A DNA stretch of 64,000 nucleotides. It comes from Paraspadella gotoi. Lineage: Eukaryota; Animalia; Chaetognatha. The DNA lies in assembly GCA_051294375.1 (NCBI GenBank), contig CM119270.1, positions 15,040,046-15,104,045 on the forward strand. The letters run 5' to 3'. Positions 53,654 to 64,000 of this stretch are shown here, one piece after another. Both the position numbers and the translations under genes were made by a program. Each line of letters opens with the position of its first letter. Position 1 is the stretch's first letter. The notes beneath the pieces were generated by a model. It did not search any database, was not told where the DNA came from, and was given only the letters and a program-made list of their open reading frames with translations.

Positions 53654-56600
53654 TATCTCTCTTCTCTCTTCTCTTTCTCTCTCTCTCTCTCTCTTCTCTC
53701 TCTCACTCTCTTTATTACAAAAAAAATTATTCTCTTTCTCTCTTTCTATCTTCTTTTTGTACAAAAATAATTTTAGTTCACCTTTTTTTACCTCCGTACT
53801 GCGCGACGAGTAAACGAGTTCCGGCTCTCTCTATCTCTCTCTCTCTCTCTCTCTTTTTTTTTTTTTAAAAAAAAAAATTTTTTAGTCACTTTTTTTTCAC
53901 TCTCTCTCTCTCTCCTCTCTCTTGTCTCTCTCTCTATCTATTACGACCGTTCGTTTTTTGAAAAAATTCTCTTATTATTTTTATTCCTTCTAAAAAAACT
54001 TTATTATCGCCATTATTTTTTTTCTCTATTAACATAAAATCCCAAATTTACATCCGAGATTTTCATGGATTCCTTAGAAATGTAAAGGAAAAATAACGAT
54101 GTATACAATGCAGGCAATGTCACATGTAACATCAGCTTGCATGTGTAACATATAGCTGCCTAAATATTCCGGCAAATTGCGCGGAATTAAATTTAATTAC
54201 ATATATAACTTTCTAACAAAACATTTTTTTTTTGTTCTTTGTTTATACTGTAACTTTGGACCGGTCGGCCCCACTTTGGCAAATTATATCTAAAATAGGA
54301 GTTGGAGAAGGAATATTGTCAAATAAACATTACTTTTTTCGTTATTCTAATAATTTTTACAATTTAAAATTTGTAAATTTTTTTTTAGTGTATATATCTA
54401 TCATTTTTTATTCTTTTTTAAAATAATAATATTTGAGTTGGGATAAATTTATAAATTAGTTAAATATGCAATATATGAAAATTGACCTCGGTTGGTTTCT
54501 TCTTAAAAAAAAGAACAATCTAGAAATTTCATTCAAAGGAAAGGAAAAGAGTTCGTCCCTACGTGCAGATACGTCGAAAAAACGAGTTCAGCTCTGCAGG
54601 GCCGGTCCATGCTGTCATTGATTATACTTTATATAAACGAGAGTGAAAACTGACCAGCCCCCACTCTTTCTCTCTTCTCTCTCTCTCTCTCCTCTCTCTC
54701 TCTCCCCTCTCTCTCTCCTCTCTCTCTCTTTCATTCATACACGCCATTTGTTTGTTTTATTCACGATGAATGACTCATCGCGTCAATGAACTGACTATCA
54801 TCGCATCAATGAATGATTATCATCATATCAATGAATGATTATCATCACATCAATGAATGACTATTCATCGCATCAATCATTTGATTATCACACATCAGTT
54901 ATTTTATTATCATCGCATCAATATTGTTATATTCCAATCAATATTTGTTATATCGCATCAATATTTGGTTATATCAAAAGTAGCTCTCGATTCCTTATGC
55001 TTTTAAGATATTTTTTTTTCTTCCTTTTTCCCGACCCTAATTCCAAAGCTTCTTCCTCCCAAACTTGCCTTCCTTTCTTTCCCTCCCCTTTTCTCCAACC
55101 CTTTCCCCTTAATTTCTCCCCCTTTTCTCTCCCCTTTTCTTACCCCGCCTTCTTTCGTTCCGGAGCAACGGAAGGTTTTATGAAAAAATAATAATCTCGT
55201 GGCGTAACTTTATGCAATGCTAATTGATTATCGGATTCGGGAGGGAGAAAGACTTGAAGAGTGGAGGAAAGTGGGGGTGGGGGGCGCGGGAGCGTGGGGG
55301 CAGAGCTCTTTCGAGCGCTTCCCTTTTTCTTATTTTTCATCTTTTTTTCTTTTATCTCCTTTTTATTTTACTACCTCTTTCTTTTTTCAGTTTCTTCCTG
55401 ATTTTTCCTTCTCCTTCTGTTTACATTTCTTCTTTTCCCTTACTTTTTTTGTTGCCCTCGGTTCTTTTCTTTCTTCTTACTTTTTTTTCTCTCGCAGAAC
55501 GAGGCTCGTGGCTCAGAGCGTTTTTTGTCCAGAACTAATTCATTTTAATCGACGTTTTTTCTCTTCTTTGTCCTACGTCGGTCACAACTCCTCTTCTGTT
55601 CTTTTTTCTTTTTTTTTTTCTTTCTTTCCTCCTGTTTCTTGTTAGTCTTTCCCTTTCTGCGATACTGTTTTCCTCCTTTCCAATTTAATGTTTTGTTGAT
55701 ATAATTTTCGCGGGGCCATTACGTATTACCTTAAATCACCACGCTGTGTATGTTTATTTTCAGCTTAGAGATTAAGACTGAGACTCTAGACTCAGACTTA
55801 GATTTAGACTAAGACTTAAACCTCAAACAAAATCTTCATTCTTCATCCTTCCTCTTCCGTCCGCTTCGCCTCTTAGGATATCAGCTTCTAATTCAATTAT
55901 ACACGTTTTAAACCCCGTACCTTATGTCCTCTCGCTCTCCTCCCGTTTTTCACACTCTTTTCCCACTTTTCACAAACTTCTATCCGAGATCTTATATTTT
56001 TTTTCTTTTCACTTACGCGATTCGATTGTACTTTCAAACTCAAACGAGTCACCATACGTAAGAGGCTTCACTATTTCTCACCTCTCAAAGAGTAACAAAG
56101 ACTTAGCCCTGTCGTGTTCATTCCTTTCTCCTCTCAACCTCCTTCCCACCACCTCCCACACTTGTATCAAAACTTAGTCCCCGCACTCTGGGCCAGATTT
56201 TTGTTGCGGGAAATTATTAGAAAAAAGATTTCCCGCGGAGCACGAGCGGCCTGTTGGCCGGTCGACGGCGACCGCTTAAGATTTTCGACGATAAAGATTT
56301 TTTTTTTGAAATTCAAAACCCAACCAGTTTTTTTTTCCGATGGCTTGGCACTCAGGTTGCCAGTCAAGATCGGTTGTTTTTAAAAGGGATGAGAAAAAGC
56401 CATTAAATGTCATAAACTTTTTGTATTTTATCGAACAATTTGTGTATGTATTTTTATTTATGGGTTAAATTAACCGCAGAAAACTTTTCAGCGGTGAAAA
56501 TCAAACTTACGATGATATTAATAACTTCCATCTGAGAAAAGGATTTCTGGTCTTTTCACGAGCGCCCCGAGCCCCGGCGCGGCGTGTGCGCTTGGGTGAA

Positions 56601-57150
56601 GAAATATCGGGTGCGTGGATTTTCTCGACGATTCGACCGGGAGGATTATCGGGTGGCGGTGAAATACTTGAGAAAGAGATGGTCAGAGTTACGGGCGAGG
56701 GATGAGTAACATGATGACGCAACAGACAGTGTATACAATATATTTTGTTTTAATATACTATAAAATATGTATAATGTATACACATGTTAAAGAGGAAAAC
56801 CTTTTTATTATTCGTAGATTCGTATCAATTAAACGATTCAGACTAGATTGAAACAAAAGTATAGGATGTAAAATGCTTGTACTTAAAGCGGTCACAACTT
56901 AGATGCTTGGCAACAGACTCATTGTGCTCTGCTTCTCCGGTAACTAAGGAAAATATTGAGGAATTCACATTTCCATATAAGATGCATTCATCCTGTATCC
57001 ATAAGGCCAGATTAAATCACCCTGTAAGCTGAAGCCCTCTTCTGCGACGTCATCAGTGTGTTATCCTTCTTGTCTGACATTTGTACTCCCCCATTTCTCT
57101 TTTTTATTTCCCCACACGTCACTCCCGCTCTGTCTCTCTCTTTCTTCTAA

Positions 57151-57225
<75 letters not shown>

Positions 57226-57336
57226 GATTTTCTTTCTCTTTCTCAGATAAAAACATTCGTCTCGCTCCTCCATCGTTTTCGCCCTCTCGTGGGAGTTGGA
57301 CAAACAAAAACAAAGACTTTCGAGTCAGATTAGACG

Positions 57337-57371
<35 letters not shown>

Positions 57372-60300
57372 ACCAATTCTCAGCGGCCCGTTTTTTCGAG
57401 TTCTTTTAAGTCTTCGGTTTCTCCGCTGATATTATTCTTGTTGCCGTTAGTTTTAGCCTTTTCTTTTATTTTTCTTCTTTCTCTTCTCTTTTTTATCCTT
57501 CTTCCCCCTGTCTTTTTCAAATTCGTCACTTATCTTTCTTTTCTAACATTTTTTTAAATTCCTTTTTTCTTTTTTTTGCTCTTTTTTTCATTCACTTTCT
57601 TTCCTCACGCTTCCCTGGATCGGTTTTTCAATCATTTATTGTTCTACAACTATCTCTTGCTCTCTCTATTGGTTTTTTTTTCTCATTATAACTTTTACTA
57701 TGTAGCTTTTCTCTCGCTCACACCGTACAACAAAAAAAAATTAGACTCTCAGCCTGGGATTTGCAATTTGATTTCTTTTTTGCGATCAAACGAACAAAAA
57801 ATTGAAGGAAATAATTAGAAAAAAAACATTTAAGGTAAGTTAAAACAATTTTAAAACTATTAAAAAACACCAAACTTCAAATATTTTTTTTCTACGGATT
57901 TTTATTTTCCCTTCCTTTCTTGGTACATTAAACAGAGCTCAAAATGACGCATGCGGCAATATGCAAATCAATGGAAAAGTCTTCGAAATGATAGATGCCG
58001 CAATATATGCAGATGGGTTGAAATTCGCAATAAAAGGACACGTTTTCACTGATTGACGCAACTCAAATTTGAATAAAACAATGAAACTAATTCCTTAAAA
58101 ACTTGGTCACAACAATACAACCACCATTACGAGTTTACATCAGTTGCTATCGGTAAGAATGAATGGTTATCGGTTATTTTGGTTAATTAGGCTAACAATA
58201 GGATTAACGAAAAGCATTCATAATTCAGTCGCTTCCAGCCGTGACTAAAACCAGTAAATAACAGCAAGGCAAAAAGGCAGCTACTTTTAAGGGACGATGG
58301 AGTTTTCTCTCGACGATCTTTCCTTTTCATTTCTCTCTTCGAAATTCAAATCCGAGTTTAACGAATTCCCTTAAGGCGAAAAAAACTACTTGATTTCCGC
58401 CGTTACTTTCTCCTCCTCTTTCCTCCTTGCCTCCACTTTTACGACTCAATGCTCTGACGCCTTTGGGTCCGTTTTTTCAGAGTTGGATGTTCTCCAGATT
58501 CACTTTTACTTATTGGCGCTTTTTTGAAAAAAGTTATTCACTCCTATTTTCTTATGAACTAACACCTTTTATTTGTGGGATTTATTTGGCTTTCCCCAGA
58601 ATATATAGATCTCATATTCTTGATAATCTAATAAATATATATATTTTTTTCACATTTTAATACTCGCTTAATTTTTTATCTATTTATAATAATAAATGGG
58701 TATTCTTAATGTATTTCGCTAATTTTTTTTCCTTGTTGTTTATTTTTCTTTATGCCGGACTCCTTTCAAATTTCCGAACGTGCGATTATTTCTGTGGGAA
58801 TTATAACATATTTCCAGGCCAACTTCTAAAATATAACAAAAAAAGCCTAAACAATTACTGTTTCTATTTTTTAAAAAAGGAAGAAAAATATATCAGAAAA
58901 AATCAATTGGTGAGGGGGGGGAAAGGGAAAGAGCGGACAGTGCGTAACAGCACAACATCAGAGAAGAGACACACTTTACCAGAATAATAAAAAAAGTAAC
59001 ATCCGAGAATCGAAGAATATTTTATCAAATTAGAATTCGAAATCAAATAAGTCTCAACTCCCTAAGGTGACCTGATTTGAGGCCAGTAAGAAACGAAACG
59101 GGGGAGTTTTGCTTCCGAGGGCCAGACGAAGGGAGAAGGAGAGGGTTGAAAGTTCGCAAAGAGAGCAGGATTGAGCAGAAAGAAAAAGAAACAGCGAGAA
59201 GAGTGGTGAGAGATTGAAGTCAATTGCAGGTGAAAGAGGATCGTCTTCTGTGTTTNNNNNNNNNNNNNNNNNNNNNNNNNAAAATATATCCAAAGTGGCA
59301 GTAAGAGAGAAAGAAAGAAAAAGGAAGGAGAGAAAAAAAAGAATAAAAGACAGAAAGAAGAGAGAAAGAAGAAAGAAATAAAGTCTAAGACGGACAGACA
59401 GACAGCGGAAACGTCGAGACGTCCGGAACCAAAAAGATTTGTTTAATGCGGAGGCAGATGCGGTGGCGGCAGCAGCGGCGGCGCGGTGGCGGCGGTGGCG
59501 GTGGCGGCGGCGGCGGAGGCGACGGCGGAGTGCGGCGGGCGTCCATCCTTTGGGGTAATGAGAATCCCAATGTCGGCAGAAGGAGGGGGTTGAGAAGCGG
59601 CAGTTGATGTTGAAGATGGCATTTAATGTTGATGTTGTAGTTGGAGAGTTATATGTAGGAAATGGTTTGAGCTGGATGCCTCTTTCTGTCTTTGCATTTC
59701 TTTATATACAAAGAAGGTGAGATAAAAAATATAATATTAAATCTGAGGCTAAAATTTATTCATTCAAATGTCGGCATATAGAGGTGCCGTTTATTTCTAG
59801 CAACTGATGCCATTCGCTCGCATTATTTGCAGTTGCCACCCGTGCCACATTAAATCTTTCTCGTTGGAATGGGCGGGGTCTTGATTCCCCTTTTCGTCAT
59901 TCCCCGTCTAATTGGCGACATAAAAAATCGCTCAAAGACGACGAAAGCCAATTTCCCAAAAACACAAAGACTTTTTTTGGGGGGGGGGCGAAAGATTTCG
60001 TCGGCTGAAAGCTTTGATTTTGGTCGTCGGTCCTTGGTGTCAAAAAAGAAACTTGTCAGTTTTGAGTTGATTGTCTTGAATTCGTATTGCGTAGAGTTGA
60101 CGACGTTATAAGGTTAATAGGATTATTATGCGTAAAATATATTGTTTAAGACGATAAGTATATTTAATAAACTTTCCTTTTTTTTTAACTTAGCGTATAA
60201 CAAACTATAACGTATTTATTTATGGCCGCTTAATATAAATTGTTTGTTGTATCATGATGTGAACGAGTTATTATTTGTGGAACCGTCAGTAGATGTTAAA

Positions 60301-61002
60301 AAAAAAAAAGGAAATGTCCGGACGCTACAAAGTGATTGGTTCACGGTCTTCGCGCCGATTTAATTCAAAAAATATTTTGTTTTATAGCTTTGTTTTTGGG
60401 GATCTTCAAAACTAGTCATCGGGATTCCCCAAACAACTGTTTGTGACTAAAAAATTAAACTATAACACAATGATATAATATCCTTTAATAATCTAATTTG
60501 AATTGATTTCGACATTAGGTGTTCACCAGGAAAGATTTTGAAGGAGCAGTCGTCTATTAACGAGATTTTAGCAAAAAAAAGGCAGCAGTGACAAAATGAA
60601 TGACTTTTCGGTTACCCTTTCTTGTTCTTTTTAAACTTTATCCACCTCATAATCAGAAGAAAGTTTGAGTTTAAAGATACGAAAGTATATAACAATCCCG
60701 AGACACCTAAACTTTCTAGACGTCAGCGTTTTGAAAAAATTTAGGCAGTTACCGTTGTTACTCAAAACGCTGTATGTAAATTGATCAATTTGAAGTAAAA
60801 TCATTAAATATATTTTTGAGAAAGCCGTGTGAGTTGCTTGAAACTTTTGACCGATCTTTTGAGTAATTTGTCGTTGATGACTGTCGCAATTGTGCCAACA
60901 AATCTTGTGCTCTTTTGTACAATTCCAGGTTTTCCATCTCGGTTTTGAGTTGGATCCGTTTTATAGAGAGAGAGAAGAGAGAGAGAGAAAGAGATGAGAG
61001 AG

Positions 61003-61042
<40 letters not shown>

Positions 61043-63839
61043 TTATTTGTCATCGTTTGTCGGAATTCCGTCGCCGATAGGAGTAAAAAAAAATTTCTCC
61101 CTCGAGGCCAAATAATTTCGTTATCTCTTCTTTTTTTCCGCACGTTTGCAGTTTTACGATGATCCGAAAAATCATTTAAATAAAATTAGAATTTGTACTG
61201 GGATACAAAAGGTATAGACGAGCCCTTCTCCCATTTCAAGCTGTTATTAACGGGATCCAAGGAATCGAGGCCGCCGCCTCCGCTGCCGCCGCCTCCGCTG
61301 CCGCTGCCGCTTTCGCTTTAAACCATCTAGAAACAGAAGAAAAAAACATATCGTTGTTCAGACTGTTAACCTTACATACGTTACCAGTTTGACTTTCTAA
61401 AATCGTATTTTTAAGCCCTTTAACCTGACCGGTTTTTAATCAACTCCTCGTTTCTGCTCCTTTCTCTTTTCCTTTTTTAACTTTACCATTTATTTTATTT
61501 CCCTTCGTTCCCTTAATTTCCTTTCCTCTTTCTTTCCTTTCCTTTCCTTTCCTTTCCTTTCCTTTCCTTTCCTTTCCTTTCCTTTCCTTTCTTTTTATTT
61601 ATTTTCCTTCGCTACGTTTCCTTTTTTTCTCTCCATCACTAAATGTTTTTCTTCGAACTTTCTATTTTTATCTTCCATTTTCAGATCCTTCATTATTCTA
61701 TTTTTGATTTCTCCTCTTACAGATTCCCTTTCACAATCTATAAAATCTCCTTTTTTTTTCTTCCTTTTCCCGACCCTAATTCCCAAAACTTCTCCTCCCA
61801 AACTTCCTTCCTTTCTTCCCTCCCCTTTTCTCCAACCCTTTCCCCTTAATTTCTCCCCCTTTTCTCTCCCCTTTTCTTACCCCCGCCTTCTTTCGTTCGG
61901 AGAACGGAGGTTTTATCGAAAAATAATAATCTCGGTGGCGTAACTTTATGCATGCTAATTGATTATCGGATTCGGAGGGAGGAAAGACTTGAAGAGTGGA
62001 GGAAAGTGGGGGGTGGGGGGCGCGGGAGCGTGGGGGAGAGCTCTTTCGAGCGCTTCTCTTTTCTTACTTTTTCTTTTTTTTTTCTTTTTTTCCTTTTTAT
62101 TTTACTACCTCTTTCTTTCTTTTTTCCAGTTCTTCCTATTTTTCCTTCTCCTTCTGTTTACATTTCTTCTTTTCCTTACTTTTTTTTTTCCCTCGGTTCT
62201 TTTCTTCTTCTTACTTTTTTTTTTCTCGGTCAGAACGAGGCTCGTGGCCAGAGCGTTTATTTTGTCCAGAAATAATATCATTATAATCGACGTTTTTTCT
62301 CTTCTTGGTCCTACGTCGGTCACACTCTCTCTTTCTTTTTTCTTTTTTTATTTTCTTTCTTTCCTCCTGTTTCTTGTTAGTCTTTTCTGCGATATGTTTT
62401 CCTCCTTTCCAATTTAATGTTTTGTTTGATATAATTTTCGCGGGCCATTACGTATTACCTAAATCACCACGGTTGTATGTTTTATTTTCAGCTTAGAGAT
62501 TAAGACTGAGACTTAGACTCAGACTTAGATTTAGACTAAGACTTAAACCTCAAACCAAAATCTTCATTCTTCATCCTTCCTCTTCCGTCCGCTTCGCCTC
62601 TTAGGATATCAGCTTCTAATTCAATTATACACGTTTTAAACCCCGAACCTTATGTCCTCTCGCTCTCCCTCCCGTTTTTCACACTCTTTTCCCACTTTTC
62701 ACAAACTTCTATCCCGAGATCTTATCATTTTTTTTCTTTTCACTTACGCGATTCGATTGTACTTTCACTCAAACAGAGTCACATACGTAAGAGGCTTCTA
62801 CTTTCTCACCTCCAAAGATTAACAAGACTTAGCCCTGTCGTTCATTCCTTTCTCCTCTCACCCCTCCCACACCTCCCACACTTGTCAAACTTAGTCCCCG
62901 CACTCTGGCCAGATTTTTGTTTGCGGAGAATTATTAGAAAAAGATTCCCGCGGAGCACGAGCGGCCTGTTGGCCGGTCGACGGCGACCGCTTAAGATTTC
63001 CTCGACGATAAAGATTTTCTTTTTGAAATTCAAAACCCAACCAGTTTTTTTTCCGATGGCTTGGCACTCAGGTTGCCAGTCAAGATCGGTTGTTTTTAAA
63101 AGGAAGAGAAAAAAGCCATATTTTTGTATTTATCGAACAATTTTTGTATGTATTTTTATTTATGGTTAAATTACCGCAGAAAACTTTTCAGCGGTGAAAA
63201 TCAACTTACGATATATTATATTCCATTTCTGAGAAAAGGATTCTGGTCTTTTCACGAGCGCCCCGAGCCCCGGCGCGGCGTGTGCGCTTGGGTGAAGAAA
63301 TATCGGGTGCGTGGATTTTCTCGACGATTCGACCGGGAGGATTATCGGGTGGCGGTGAAATACTTGAGAAAGAGATGGTCAGAGTTACGGGGCGAGGATG
63401 GAGTAACATGATGACGCAACAGACAGTGTTATACAATATATTTTGTTTAATATACATAAAATATGTATAATGTACACATGTTAAAGGAGGAAAACCTTTT
63501 TATTATTCGTAGATCGTATCATTAAACGATTCAGACTAGATTGAAACAAAGTATAGGATGTAAAAGTGCTTGTTACTAAAGCGGTCACAAATAAGATGCT
63601 TGGCAACAGACTCATTGTGCTCTGCTTCTCCGGTAACTAAGGAAAATATGAGGAATTCACATTTCCATATAAGATGCATTCATCCTGTATCCATAAGGCC
63701 AGATTAAAATCACCCTGTAGCTGAAGCCCTCTTCTCGCGACGTCATCAGTGGTTATCTTCTTGTCTGACATTTGTACTCCCCCATTTCTCTTTTTTATTT
63801 CCCCACACGTCACTCCCGCTCTGTCTCTCTCTTTCTTCT

Positions 63840-63906
<67 letters not shown>

Positions 63907-64000
63907 GATTTTCTTTCTCTTTCTCAGATAAACATTCGTCTCGCTCCCTCCATCGTTTTCGCCCTCTCGTGGGAGTTGGACAAACAACAAAGACTTTCGA
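49800..64000 (+). repeat. Duplication 49800-57323 / 59281-64000 (second copy runs off the window) across a 25-N gap
   Basis: Near-identical colinear sequence except for homopolymer indels and the 52356-55010 insertion. Confidence 0.93.
52356..55010 (+). mobile_element. Non-autonomous Helentron-type (HINE/DINE-1-like) insertion
   Basis: Absent from the duplicate locus (empty site atctcc-T9-cttcc at ~61745-61764); inserted in a T run. 5' end: TTTTT-ATCGAAGC, hairpin CTTGACCGG-CGAAG-CGGGTCAGG, then (GTC)n. Internal tandem repeats. 3' end: GCTCTCGAT (near reverse complement of the 5' ATCGAAGC) and a short CTTA...TAAG stem. Confidence 0.72.

Overview
Eukaryotic (metazoan-type) genomic DNA: AT-rich, dense in microsatellites, with ten N-gaps and a high indel error rate. 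Almost all ORFs in the supplied track are microsatellite artefacts. One gene is clearly identifiable: a spliced Cys-loop pentameric ligand-gated ion channel, a divergent nicotinic acetylcholine receptor (nAChR) alpha-type subunit on the + strand (14826-22284). I traced ten exons by hand; the loop-A exon is missing and probably lies in the gap at 17728-18161. The gene has three unusual features: (i) a second, diverged copy of the terminal M4 exon at 22891-22996, suggesting alternative last exons; (ii) no Glu at the M2 -1' selectivity position; (iii) loop-D Trp replaced by Cys. Other elements are a TTAA-flanked TIR element (Kolobok-like, 36050-36920), a ~2.65-kb Helentron/HINE-like insertion whose empty site is also in the window, a second HINE-like 5' end, a ~250-bp dispersed repeat (5 copies) and several minisatellites. 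Large near-identical duplications flank exact 25-N gaps and are probably long-read gap-filling or haplotype artefacts. I found no rRNA, tRNA or CRISPR array. All alignments were done by eye.
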